Below, piece by piece: positions 12,437-25,805 of a stretch of DNA of 64,000 bases. Source of the stretch: Hormiphora californensis (taxonomy: Eukaryota > Animalia > Ctenophora); NCBI GenBank assembly GCA_020137815.1, contig CM035351.1, positions 7,316,001-7,380,000 of the forward strand, in the 5' to 3' direction. Both the position numbers and the translations under genes were made by a program. Within the stretch, counting starts at the first letter, position 1, and every line of letters starts with the position of its first letter. The notes under the pieces were generated by a model. It saw only the letters and a list, made by a program, of their open reading frames with translations, was not told the DNA's origin and ran no database searches.

Positions 12437-15400
12437 TCATCCGCTTTCGTTGAAATGAAAAGCCCGTAACATCTCTGCGTAGCACATTTTACCGTCTTGA
12501 TCCACATCGACCGCCGCCAGGAAGTCTTCCACGTCCGCCCAGGAGTAGCAGCTATCGGATGCCTGCAAATATTTGTCATAGTTATATTCGGGAGACACAT
12601 AATATGTGTGTCAGGGGGATATTCCTAAATATTGGATCCCTCCATGGTGTACGAGCTGGTATTATTTCCTACTAGCGCACCCATCGGGTGGACCTCAAGT
12701 AAAGTAACCCACCCGGCTTCGCTCCTTTCAACGCCAATAACACGGTTGCCATGGCAACTGAAGCGTTAATTAGGGTAAGTGGGGACTGAATTGTTAAAAT
12801 TTATTCGAAAATATTCACAAACTTCCAGAAGAGTGAAAATCAGCTTTACTTGTTTGGGCGCATAAACTATTTTATGAAGTGGCACTGTTGCTTACCAACA
12901 CGCTGAATCAACGGTCATCACAACTTCGACGCGAAAGTTCCACTTTATATAAGGGATGTTATAACCTATCTACTTTGTGCCCGACCCTTCTTCAATTCTC
13001 TCAGAACGCAAAGAATGGTCGAGTACAAACTGTTCGACCTATGAATTAAAATTCCCCAAGGATCAACATGATTTCATTATAACTCCGCTAAATTACCTGG
13101 CGCATCATGTTGAAGACCTCCTTGGCGTCCAACTTTCCATTGCTATCCAGGTCCATTTCCTCGAATCCCTCCTTGTAACCAAGGGGGATGGGCCTGCTGA
13201 CGCTCATTGAGATTGCCTAGGTAATTGGATTTCAGTCCATTTATAGGTACACATGCAATAGTCCCCGCAAAATTCCCGCATATCTCATGATCTTATATAG
13301 GTGATCTTTCCGTTGGATCGGGTTCTACCTTTTATTGTTTAACCCATATTCACCCGGGTATATCGTTTATGATATCATATTTGAACTTGCACACCCTCAT
13401 AAGTCATAACCTAAAGTCTACTAATTCTCGAAATTCACGATTCAACAAGTTTATTTCCGTGGAATTCTAATAATTTACCTGGACAAAGTTTACAAAGTTT
13501 ACGACCGGGCTGTCCCCGATAATTTCCCTAAGATAATGTGATAGGGGGAAGTGGCCATCCCCGTAGTGTTTGAATTCCATTCTAGTCAACAGGTCTGTGG
13601 CCTGCTTAAAGGTCAGAAACCTGAAAAAGGACAAAATACAGAGTCAGAAACAGTCTTACAAGGCTACTGAGTACTGACAAGCAGTATAAAGGGGCTTTCA
13701 GGCTTCGTCACCGACATACTTGTCACGACAATACATGTCCTGTTATACTGGGATCATGTATCCTAGACCTGATGGTGTACCTTTGTTCTCCTGATTCCTT
13801 ATAGAAGTAGTCCTGGTAAAGCTTTACGGCATTAAAATCAAACTTCGCCCGAACCTTCCTATTGGAGAATAAATCAGATAAAGATCACCAAGCTGCCCGT
13901 AGCTGGCACGCGAAGTTAGCGGGTCACGGGGTCTGGCACTCAGCCGAGCATCCCCACGCGCTGGGAGACTGAGTTTCTAATTCCCTGCTGTTAAAAGGCT
14001 TCTAATCTGCAGAACTGTCTCACCTTAGATTCTCATCAGGAGCGATCTTCTGCATGGGCGGGGCTGAGGACATTTGTGCACAAACCGAAACTGCCTCCAC
14101 CAGGACCTAAATGATGTATTAGAGCTGTTATGTGTACGTTAGCCGCGATGTATCAAGACATAAAGAAAGGTCGTCTACCTAGGAATACTGCTACTAGCAG
14201 TAGCCTCCGAATGTACACAACAGTTCAAGGGGACGTATAATAATACAAATCTACGCAGGAGGGATTGCCGTAATTCTAGGAGAACAATCCTTGACAAGCA
14301 GCATATGACACCGTGCTCAATTGCAGCCCGGGTCTGCCACTAGGTCAGTATAAATTGCAAAGCAGCATATGACACCGTGCTCAATTGCAGCCCGGGTCTG
14401 CCACTAGGTCAGTATAAATTGCAAAGCAGCATATGACACCGTGCTCAATTGCAGCCCGGGTCTGCCACTAGGTCAGTATAAATTGCAAAGCAGCATGACA
14501 CCGTGCTCAATTGCAGCCCGGGTCTGCCACTAGGTCAGTATAAATTGCAAAGCAGCATATGACACCGTGCTCAATTGCAGCCCGGGTCTGCCACTAGGTC
14601 AGTATAAATTGCAAAGCAGCATATGACACCGTGCTCAATTGCAGCCCGGGTCTGCCACTAGGTCAGTATAAATTGCAAAGCAGCATATGACACCGTGCTC
14701 AATTGCAGCCCGGGTCTGCCACTAGGTCAGTATAAATTGCAAAGCAGCATATGACACCGTGCTCAATTGCAGCCCGGGTCTGCCACTAGGTCAGTATAAA
14801 TTGCAAAGCAGCATATGACACCGTGCTCAATTGCAGCCCGGGTCTGCCACTAGGTCAGTATAAATTGCAAAGCAGCATATGACACCTGTGCTCAATTGCA
14901 GCCCGGGTCTGCCACTAGGTCAGTATAAATTGCAAAGCAGCATATGACACCGTGCTCAATTGCAGCCCGGGTCTGCCACTAGGTCAGTATAAATTGCAAA
15001 GCAGCATATGACACCGTGCTCAATTGCAGCCCGGGTCTGCCACTAGGTCAGTATAAATTGCAAAGCAGCATATGACACCGTGCTCAATTGCAGCCCGGGT
15101 CTGCCACTAGGTCAGTATAAATTGCAAAGCAGCATATGACACCGTGCTCAATTGCAGCCCGGGTCTGCCACTAGGTCAGTATAAATTGCAAAGCAGCATA
15201 TGACACCGTGCTCAATTGCAGCCCGGGTCTGCCACTAGGTCAGTATAAATTGCAAAGCAGCATATGACACCGTGCTCAATTGCAGCCCGGGTCTGCCACT
15301 AGGTCAGTATAAATTGCAAAGCAGCATATGACACCGTGCTCAATTGCAGCCCGGGTCTGCCACTAGGTCAGTATAAATTGCAAAGCAGCATATGACACCG

Positions 15401-16443
15401 TGCTCAATTGTAGCCCGGGTCTGCCACTAGGTCAGTATAAATTGCAAAGCATCATATGACACCGTGCTCAATTGCAGCCCGGGTCTGCCACTAGGTCAGT
15501 ATAAATTGCAAAGCAGCATATGACACCGTGCTCAATTGCAGCCCGGGTCTGCCACTAGGTCAGTATAAATTGCAAAGCAGCATATGACACCGTGCTGAAT
15601 TGCAGCCCGGGTCTGCCACTAGGTCAGTATAAATTGCAAAGCAGCATATGACACCGTGCTGAATTGCAGCCCGGGTCTGCCACTAGGTCAGTATAAATTG
15701 CAAAGCAGCATATGACACCGTGCTCAATTGCAGCCCGGGTCTGCCACTATAGGTCAGTATAAATTGCAAAGCAGCATATGACACCGTGCTCAATTGCAGC
15801 CCGGGTCTGCTACTAGGTCTAAGGTCAGTATAAATTGCAAAGATTCTATAAACAGATCAACAGCCCAGTGAATGAATAAATTGCAAAGATTCTAGCTCAA
15901 TGAATATAAGGTGCCCGCTAGGAACTAGAATGTGTAAATCTAGTTGGTGTAATTCCGTTCTACGGAAGTTTCCCGGTGGTCCAGGGACACACAAACAAAA
16001 ACACACGCACACACAGCACCAAAACTACCTCGCACTAGCATTCTCATGAGCAACTAGATGTAATGTACATGTGCCTTGTAGAGCAAGGGTTGACCCCCTT
16101 ACTCAACAACATGGGCCCTCATGACTCAGTTCTACACACAAACTCCCCCACCCCCACAAACTATGGAAAATTAAACTCTAAAATATATACAAAGAAATCA
16201 TGACAATTAGAGACAACAAAAGAGACTGTACACTTGATTTTGGTAGCACTAGAGCTATCATGTCTGTGTGAGAATTACCTGTTCTGATTCAAGATTAAAG
16301 AGACGTGAACGAAGGGATACATGACTCTCCTTTAGGGATACCAACCCTTGCAGCACCAAAACCTGGAATTCTTGAGATGTCAGCTCCCCCTTTTTAGCCT
16401 TTTCCAGGGCGGTCGATAGCCCCTGGTGCTGCTTCAGCGACAT
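12437..16443 (-). CDS. EF-hand Ca2+-binding protein with a calmodulin-like C-lobe and N-terminal helical extension, 6 coding exons
   Basis: Exons 16443-16279, 14106-14024, 13858-13781, 13620-13479, 13216-13097 and 12562-12437, all GT-AG and in phase. Two canonical EF loops, DLDSNGKLDAKE and DVDQDGKMCYAE; the N-lobe is degenerate. Confidence 0.82.
14297..15841. repeat. 64-bp minisatellite, about 24 near-identical copies, in intron 1 of the EF-hand gene
   Basis: Unit aagcagcatatgacaccgtgctcaattgcagcccgggtctgccactaggtcagtataaattgca; period 64; no spacers. Confidence 0.97.
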
Positions 16444-17470
16444 AGTGATCAGCTGATATAGATCTGGGAGTTATTGATTAAAGGGGGAAACAATATAGTA
16501 CACAAAGATAGGCTTCACAATGGAGCGTGTCAATACGTTGGCACAGATCAAGTTGTAGCAACTAAATCGATGTGGGCTCAAACATATTACTGCATCGAGT
16601 TGTTCATGTTATGAAATACATGCCATAATATTGGTAAAGTCACCGTCATGTGAACAGTGTTCACTTCATAGGAACACACATAGGAACATTATGATATGTA
16701 CTGCATTCGACATACCCAGACCCTACACGAGTTCAATACACACAATCTACAATAAATCTACTTCAAAACGATATCAACTTCAAAGAACGGCAGCTTATCT
16801 CCGAGACCTCGTCAAATTGACGGTCAATGATTTGAGTACAGGATCCAGGATGATAACTATACCACACCTCAAACAACAACTCTCATCAAAAGTTAGATCA
16901 AACAAAGCTATTTTGTCATTTGAGACAGGGCTCGAGCTGAACTATTCCGTACATTAGATGAGGGCTGTTGGAATTGTACACACAAAGGGCCACCTGGTTA
17001 CTCTATAATATAGTTTCCCCGGGGGTGTTTCTGTAGAAATCACTAAATCTCACCACTTTTTGATTGTGGAGTTCTCTGCCAGGCCAATGTTCTGATTGTG
17101 GAGTTCTAGAAAACTTACAATAGGAATATGCATGGCTGCTAAATGCATAAACCATGTCAGCTACAAAGCTGCAGCACAATGCCCTCACTCTCTCCCTGTA
17201 GTGCAGTTCTCTGTGCAGTGTCTAAATAAATCAGAAGCCCACTTTGGAAGTCACCCTATAATGCAGTGATGGAAGTCACCTACAAACCTATATAATGCGA
17301 GACACACTGCACAGACGCAGTGAAGTGAAGATATACCGTACATGACACTTTGTGGTAGAATATGTCATGTGAAAGCAATGCTGATGTGTGTAGCGATCAA
17401 TGCAATATGTTTCTTGTGGTTCTCACGTTGTCATGATCTATAGATACAGATTACAATAAACACATGGTCT

Positions 17471-17553
17471 GGCAGAGCATTGGCTGACCCTATTCTCATT
17501 TCTTCAAATAGGAAGCGCGGGAGAACTGCGGTCAGAGCATTGGCAGCTGACAG
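17471..17553 (+). repeat. Short dispersed repeat family (cagagcattggc.tgaccctattctcatttc...cagagcattggcctgacag), at least 5 copies
   Basis: Related copies at about 24322-24388, 27832-27890, 39944-39966 and 46163-46236. The fullest copy is bounded by inverted ctgtcag/ctgacag ends. Confidence 0.7.
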
Positions 17554-18452
17554 CTCATGGTCGAAAGTAAGCACTGCATCACACAATAAACTCGGTCGAC
17601 ATCCGTTAATCTTATTGCAGCTGTAATTCCGATTGTAATTCAGATCATTTGTCATCTCATACCTATAAATCATCAGATTAAACAGTCGACACAGAGCTGT
17701 AACAGTGTTATTGTACTTGTCATGTAATATCACCCATGATTACTGTGGTATGTGTGTGTTTTCCTAATCCAACTTCTCCAAACTAGCATGAATCAGAGCA
17801 ACTAACATGGCGAGAATGTACTGCCTTGCTCGACCCTCTCGGTAGAACATGGCTAGCGGATTGATATCAATTCGTCTACAACTATAATGGTAAGTACTTT
17901 AACAAAACATGATAACATAAAGTTCGTTGAGAGAACAATTGTTAAGACCCCTTAGTAAGGGGCCCTTACTCAACAAGAGAGAACCCCTATAAAGCAGAAT
18001 GAACTCATCATAAGAACTCTGTAAATGATCAGAAGGAGCCCCCCCCCCCCCCCCCCGTGCACTAGGCCTTCTTTAGTTTGATTAATGAGAAATGTTGTGC
18101 TGTGATGGAAAATATAAACACACTAACATATGTATCGTTAGTATCTTTCTAGCATATCCAAGACTTATAGGTCTTGTTAAGTAAGGGATGGGAGAGGTCC
18201 ATTTATTTGGGGGGGGGGGTCAGTATTCTATTTTTTTGCATATGGCTGAGCTTTGCTCCCAGAATATTCAAAGCTCAAAAGCGGGGGTTTATATGTATCA
18301 AGGGACAAGGTCTAATTGCCCATTTTTGCGCCCAATCAATACAGCGTGTAACATCTAAATGATTTCATTTCAGGAGTGCAGATGAGAAGTGGAAGCTGTT
18401 GGATCGAAGAGAAACCTCTGTAGCTACAAACGTATGAAACAGGTAGACAATG

Positions 18453-18703
18453 ACTTCAACCTCTCAGCCCCCCCCCAATATTATCTGAACGCCGAACGAT
18501 TATCCGCCCATATGCATATTACAAATAATATGTAAATTAGGTTTCGTAATTCTGCACAAAAATTGTTGTAGACTAATCCTAAAAAATGCTGTCGCATACT
18601 TCTATAAATAATATTTATGAGCAGGTCCGATTAATAGTTCGACATTCAGATTATATCAATAATGAATAAAGGTAAAAGGGGGGGGGGGCTGAGAGGTTGA
18701 AGT
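18453..18703. mobile_element. ~250-bp MITE-like foldback element
   Basis: acttcaacctctcagccccccccc and ggggggggggctgagaggttgaagt are inverted repeats, with further imperfect inverted arms inside. Confidence 0.6.
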
Positions 18704-19355
18704 TTTTGTAGTTTTTCACCCAACTTTTCAAAATCGGCAACTTAATTAACTTCAGCCCTCCCCCCCCCCCCCCCCCCCCCCCCCGATTATATACCCCCGG
18801 AATATTTGGATACAGGGTCTCCAAACACGGTCATTGGGAGCATGAGCATTTATTTAGCTTTGTGAGCTGTAACAGCGAACTCTTGAGAAATTGAAAATTG
18901 TGCCAATGAAGTGGTTTATGAATTCTTATTCACGAAGGAGCGGTTGGTTGCGGTGGTCCCTCTACCGATTTAGTTAGTATCCAAAATGTATATACTGTCG
19001 AATTCTAACCCTGCTATGCCTTTGCTTTGCAAAAAGGCATCCGGGTAATTGCCGAAGGCATTCGACCGGGCAGGGGAAGTTATGTATGTAGTAGGAAAAA
19101 GCTCGAATATATTCCGGAATCAGGACTTATAAAATTCAATTTGTATCTTAATCTGGACATATATATATTGATTTAGTCCCAACGGAATCAATAGCTTTCT
19201 AGAATCCGGTACCACTCTTTCTCCATCTTATGTTCATACTGTATGATGTTCGCATCTCTAAAACAACAATAATTCTTATTTCTGTTCTCCAAGCCCCCAT
19301 CACTGAACGATGGCTCACTAGGTCCTTATTTCAGGTTTATTTAGAGACTGCATGG

Positions 19356-22300
19356 TTAAAGCTGGGACGGATCAACGGGTCCCCTTAGGTTTGGTGTGTC
19401 CAGGAACTCAACAGTTGAACTTGGTCTTTCTAACTCAAGCATGGAAACACGCAGATTACCAGCCTGTGGAAATGAGGTTAGTGAGGTTAGTTAATTAGGT
19501 TAGAAAGAGAGAGAGGTTAGCTTGGTTTCTACCAAATGAACATGTGAAAAGGTTGGGGGCACGTATTATAATTGGAATTTGGAATTGGGATTTGGGGCGG
19601 AGAGTTGCCTAGCTAGACTGTGTTTCGCGCGCCCCGCCCGCGAAACACAAATGTAAAGGAGCTGGGGCGGAGAGTTGCCTAGCTAGACTGTGTTTCGCGC
19701 GCCCCGCCCGCGAAACACAAATGTAAAGGAGCTGGTTAGAACATAACAAGCGGAGAGTATGTTAAGTAACAAGACCATTACAGGATCATTGGGATGGAGA
19801 CCATCATGGTCCTAATTGATCATAGAAACTCTGATCAGCACTGTGGTAATTGGATTTGTCTAGCTGCTTTTCCTTTGAGTCTGCTAGGATATCAATTCAA
19901 TGGGGTAACGCATTATATACTGCAGATAAATATCATATGTCCTTGCAGGATTTACCTTGCAGAAGGGTGAAGGAACATAAAGGGTTACTTGAGGTCCTGC
20001 GAGGGGCCAGTATCGTCCCAAGTTAATGTCTCCAAAGTAGGCAACCCCTTTACCCCAACCTTGGGTGTCCAGGAAGGTATCAGTTCCTTCTATACAACTC
20101 AACAATTCACCTGGGGATAGTATAGTGGAGACTTGCTTGACCCTCTCTCAAGGGAGGGTTAGAACATAACAAGACCGGGGGGACTGTCTATAAGTGGTGA
20201 CTGACTGACTATCCCACAAGGTTGGTAAAAGAGGGATTGTGCTGGGTGCAAGTATCATATCTTGTCATAGCGGGGCTGGGTCAGTATGAGAATCAGACGC
20301 ATTCGATGAAGAGATATTGTCAGGCCTATTTTAGGAGAGTCCCCCCGGGAGAGATGGAGACTAGCCTAAAAACGATAAAGTTAGAGGTATCACTATCAAC
20401 TATATTCAGTCGTTAGCACATTATCGTAGATCTTTTAATCGCATTAAACTGGCTAATACTAGGTTTATGATACCCCATCCCACCCCGGTATGTCATAAGG
20501 GTCCAATAGTGATAGGAAGTAGGAACCCATAACACCCACTGCACGTTCTATAACCTCCAATGGAGGTCCTCCATATTATGTGAATGAAAGTGTTACACAG
20601 TGATACACAGTGTTACACAGTGTTACAAGACAACACAACATACCGGTGTAGAGGGACCCAGGAAGGAAGGAGGAGGGTTCCTGTTTTCCTCTCGCTGGCT
20701 TATAGCAACTCAGATCAGTCAGGGGTAACAGGGTGACACTCCATCCTTTGAGTTCCACACCATTAAACAGGACCACCTCAGTTATCCCCTTCATGTAGTG
20801 CCGTGGAGAGGGAACCTGAACATGCCCGGTATTCATGTGCCCATCGCTGAATACTATTATCTCCAGTTTCCCCGCATTTACACTGAAGTGCAGGTGTCAG
20901 TTATGAGGTCATGTATGAGGTTATTAGCCTGATCCAGACTATGATAAACCTCCCTGAGAGAAGGAAAAAGTACAGTACAACTTTCTTTCTCTCGGCTGAG
21001 ATATTTCTTGGGATTTCTTTCTTTCTCTCTCCTCTTTTTCCTGTAGAAATAGACCCTGGAAAGTCTCCAAGTCTCTCATGGAAACTCAAATGCTTGGGCT
21101 ATTTTGGGCTATTAGCTGCAACAATCAACATGCCCGCTCACTCTCCCCGCTCACCTGATGGAGGTATTGAACGAGCTCCCCTTGACAGTAGTCACCCAGA
21201 CTCCATTACTGATGACGTATGCTCTATCTCTCACTTTGGAGAGAACCAACTCCCCAGATTGGTCCAAATGCCGGGTGTAAATTACCACACCGTTCGTCTA
21301 AAAACATGGGATAATGATCAGGGGTGGGTGTGGTTGAACAATGAACTATGGAAATCAGGAGAGAAGAAGAGAGCGGAAGATGGAAATAAGAAGGGGAAGA
21401 AAGAATTTACTGAATCCTCGGTCTACCTATGAGAATGCACGTACTGGGTATTTGGAAGGTTGCCAACAACTGTTTGGTGGATTGACGTATGTCACTCCTT
21501 ACTAGGTTTTCTCTCTCTTTCATCTCAAATATCTCTCCCCTCATGTGCAACTACCCCTCCCAGCTCTCCTCTCTCTCTCTCTCTCTCTCAGGTCATATGA
21601 TTCGCATATGCTACGTAAAAGCATAATAGCTATTAGTCCATATCAAACGCGACTACACCTTTAGCACCCTTGTGCAGTACCCCAACACGACGCCAATCCT
21701 CAATATATTATGCTTTTAGTGGCTAAAAGGTTTGTTGCATGATCTTGGCAACGATCCACCACTCTATCCCTATATAATGATCAAAAAGAGTTGGATCAAA
21801 AACTGTCACACGTGAGGTCTCAAGATGACTTATGAGCAAGTGCATGGAAGACCCATTGCCTACAACACTGGTCACCGTAAAATTCAAATCTCCCTGCTGC
21901 TCTGTGTTGTAGCCTATACCTTTGTTGTAGGGTAAGCTGGGGCTAAAATACGCAATATATACAGCAGGAAGAAAAAAATTATATAGGCTATCCAATGAAA
22001 CATTTTCCTTTCAGCCGAGCTAAATTTTAAAATCTACAAGTTTCATTTAATGGGTTAATTAATCAATTTAAATAATTTGGTGAGGCGTTTTTTGGAAAAT
22101 TTGCACCGGGGCAAAGTGGCCCAAGCCAATAGCATTGCTCGATTTTATCACGTGCCTGGTGTTGTTAGACGAAACGATCAAATTAGGGGCAAAGTGGCCC
22201 ATGTTCTGCACCGGAACATGGGCCACTTTGCCCCTATTTTGACCGTCTGGACTACATGTTTGTGCATTCCAATGTCACGTGGTATTGCAGGCGCCATTTC

Positions 22301-25300
22301 ATTGGTCCTAGAGGTGGGCCACTTTGCCCCAGACCGGACCACTTTGCCCCGGAGAGTTGGCCATATTCGCCCCGATTTCACAAAATTGACAATTAAGACA
22401 ACAAAAATGCCAATTTCTTCAAAATTTTTATACCACGTTTTAGAGAATTATAAAGCCTAACTGGCAGTTTTTGCAAAATTAAAATCGGCCAACCCAAACA
22501 GAAATGACAGCAGTTTTAAAGCGAAAATTCGGAACAGAACGAGCAGGTCTCCGCTGGAGAAAAAGTCACGTGACCACATGTAATAACTAGGGCCACTTTG
22601 CCCCATACATGGGCCACTTTACCCGGTGGGCCAAACTGCCCCAGCTTACCCTACCCTTACTCAACAACTATACCTGGTTATTTTCCTCGAAAGAGAGCGC
22701 ACGATTGTTGGCTACAACCCTCCCACATGCTGTAACAAAGTCCCTATCTGTAACATGGGCTGTATAGGAGAGTTCCAGTGTTCCATAGTTGACTTTTGTA
22801 GAGTTGGCGGGCACGTGGCCAACTTTACTGTACTTGCTGAGGAGAGAGAGTTACTGTGTAATCAGGGAGTTACTACAGGGTAGTTAGCCAGTCATTTGCA
22901 TTGTTCCTAATTACCCCCACAAGCTCCATGTCTTATACCAAACCCTGCCCATATTACGTAATGCATTGCATTGTTTTGAGCTGCCCAATATTACCTAATG
23001 CTTTGTTTTGGGCTGCATTAATAGGATGCTAGGAGACCATATTCCTGCTATTTTGTAGCCTATATCAGTAGTGAGTAGATTGTGACTCGTATTTCGTCCG
23101 GTCATGCCAATATTTGAATGATGGCATCATTCCAAATAAATCTTCACATGGATTTTACCTAATAGCACCCCAACACCTCGTACAAAACCCGGATGAATTC
23201 TCGTACAAGATCGACAATTGAATTATCAACCCCCCCCCCCCCCATTTATATAGACTTGCTTAATAAATTTATAGAGAAATGGTTTTTAGTTTTTTAGTCG
23301 AGAACTTAGTGGATATTTTATTGTTCCAAACTGTTTTAACTCCATGGTATCTTAGAAATCTGATCTCACCTTAGGACGTCTCTGATATCAAAGTATTTCA
23401 TTGTCGTATCTCCAGCCTCACTAAGAGGGGCATCATAATCGTAGCTTGTCAATTGGGGTACCAGCACCTTTCCCTTTGCATCTCCCTTTGCACCCCCTAT
23501 AAACCTGCAATATGTTATGTTAGTTGTGGTTGTATTAGGCAAGTAATTATGATTAGGGACTGATTATTATATACTACATGGGGCCATCAGTCCCTCTCTA
23601 TAATATCTATATATCTGCTAGGCGCTATTTATCTAGTCTATTCGCCAGTCATTTGTTATGAACGAGTTATATTATCAACGGTGTAACCCCGTGTCTCCCT
23701 GACAACGAGGTTAGCTATCTCGTGAGATAAGACCTCCTAGTTACCATTAGTTAACTGTATGGGTTACCATGCAATGGTACCTACCCGAAGTTGCTTCCTC
23801 CATGAAACATGTACATGTTCACACTGGCACCCATAGACAACATTTTATCAAGACTACCTGGGGGAATGTAACAATACTTTATCTGGTCAGGTTAACATAT
23901 GCAATGATAGGTTAACATATGATAGGTTAACATATAATAATCGGCTCTAATATCGCTGGGGGAAGCAATGGTGTATTTACTTGCAACTCGGGCTCGTGGT
24001 ACGGAGGGGAACTTGTGGCCCCATAGGGAGAGCCATCCTGGGTAGAATTCTGTGTTAACCGGTGGACCACCTTTGTTGTACTGGGCCTGGATCTGTGAGG
24101 GAGAGAGAGGGGGGTGGCGATGATAGATTAAATTAAATTGTTAACCCAAGTCTCACAAAGTATCTTTATTAAAATACCCCAAATGGTTTCGTTATGCTTC
24201 CACCCGATCCGAAATCCACTGTGTTATATAGCTCTGGTAGGGTCCCACAATCCAGCATGTGCTTACCTACAATGGGGGAAAACTTACAAGGAATATATTG
24301 ACCGATCAGAGGGAGAGAGTGCTGTCAGAGAATTGGCAGAGCCTGACCCTATTCTCATTTCTTTCAAATCAGAGCATTGGCCTGACAGATCAACTTTCAC
24401 AATATGGTACCTGGTCCATTGACCGAGTAGAGGAGTATATCATCGCCCAGAATCTCCCTGTGGGTCTGTGTCAGGGCCCTCATATAGTCCAGATCACATG
24501 CCGGGTTTGAACCATACTCATTTTCTATCTGAAACAAAAGAGGAACACGATCTTCTCGTGTTGCTCTCTCTCTCTCACACATACACGCCCTCATACTGAT
24601 CAATGTATAGTTGAAGGGGAACTCACAGCGGGCAGATCTCGGTTATCCTGACCAGATCTCATTCATGATAATATGAAACAAGAGCTAGACGTCTAAATAT
24701 CCAGTCAGTAATATTGTGTGAGATGATAACTACCTGTATTCCGATTACAGGTCCCCCCTGTTGGTAGAGATATGGGGGGAGCATGGGAAGGAGGGTCCTG
24801 AACCAGCCCAAAACCGCAGTTAGGTAGTGTTGTTCTGACTGTCTGAATCTACAAAATAAGGGACATGTCACGATCGTCGCTAAATGTGCCTGTCGATCAT
24901 CATCATCTCATACCTAAGATCTGGGCTAATCGTGGTGATCCAAGAGGGGAATCCCCCGAACTCAAACTCTGCTGCGATGAATGGACCAGGTCGGAGAAGG
25001 ACTAGGATGCCCATTTGGTTGCACAGTTCCAGGAAGGAGAACAGGTTCTTGTTTCCGTCAAATACCAGCTGGCCCGGCACAGGCTCGTGTTGGTTCCACG
25101 GGATATACCTAGGCACAGACAGGTGATCTAATATTGATCTGGACAGGGTTGCTGTGAGAGGTATTTCAACTTGACAAGTTACCATATGAACACTATATTT
25201 GTGTCTTCCTTACGTTTGAACAGTGTTGAAACCGGCAGCCTTGAGTTTTAGCAATCTATCAGGCCACAACTCTCGAGGTATCCTAGTGAAGGGATTCAGG

Positions 25301-25550
25301 AAAAAAAGGTTGTTGGATTTCTCAGTGTTATCAGTTATCACTGAGATTATTCCCCCCCCCCCCCGTGATCAAGTCCCATGGTTGGTAACATGAAGGTATT
25401 ATACCTGTAGTAGTGTATCGATCCTGATATGTATTGGAATGGTTCCCCGTCTTTTCTGAAACAGTTTGCCTCATGGTCCACCACGAAAGATCTCTCTGCA
25501 GCAGTAGTAGCCAGTAAACAGCTCGTTAACAGGACAACCCATCGTAACAT
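19356..25550 (-). CDS. GLB1-like: Beta-galactosidase, GH35 (GLB1-like) paralogue 1; catalytic residues intact
   Basis: About 14 exons. Signal peptide [18 protein letters not shown], then [33 protein letters not shown], acid/base QIENEYG, nucleophile [43 protein letters not shown] and [18 protein letters not shown]; stop at 19356. Confidence 0.95.
19593..19735. repeat. 70-bp tandem duplication (2 copies) containing a hairpin, intronic
   Basis: tggggcggagagttgcctagctagactgtgtttcgcgcgccccgcccgcgaaacacaaatgtaaaggagc twice; tgtgtttcgcg and cgcgaaacaca form an 11-bp stem. Confidence 0.85.
21930..22651. mobile_element. Non-autonomous DNA transposon (MITE), TA-flanked, in a beta-galactosidase intron
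   Basis: ta|gggtaagctggggc ... gccccagcttaccc|ta perfect TIRs. Internal ggggcaaagtggccc motifs occur in both orientations; no transposase ORF. Confidence 0.8.
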
Positions 25551-25805
25551 CTCTCTACAATCTGTTCAGTTATTATAAACCCCTATAGCAGTTCTCGGCG
25601 GAATTAGAAGTTGTTGATGAAGAGCTGGGTGCAGGGTCAAATTAAGAGGGATTTGGACTATTTAGCAACCACTATATAGATAGAAACGAGAGGGAAACTT
25701 ACACAGCAATTCAAAACCCAATTATTATGGACTTTTGACGACTGATTGAGTGACACAAAATAATCAATGGTGTACCATCATATCAACTAGCCCCATGGTA
25801 CTGTT

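Noticed and set aside
14297-15841. CRISPR-like or RNA-gene array
   Set aside because: Units are contiguous with no unique spacers, there are no cas genes, the array lies in a eukaryotic intron, and I see no tRNA, 5S or SL-RNA hallmarks.
12437-16443. Ca2+-regulated photoprotein
   Set aside because: Only two intact EF loops and no EF-I equivalent; I recognise no photoprotein-like sequence.
17808-18442. Possible small plus-strand spliced gene (donor near 17890, exon-like 18374-18441)
   Set aside because: All frames hit stops; I could not build a coherent CDS.
20911-21432. 173-aa plus-strand ORF
   Set aside because: It overlaps a beta-galactosidase exon (21155-21298) in antisense and has no recognisable motif.
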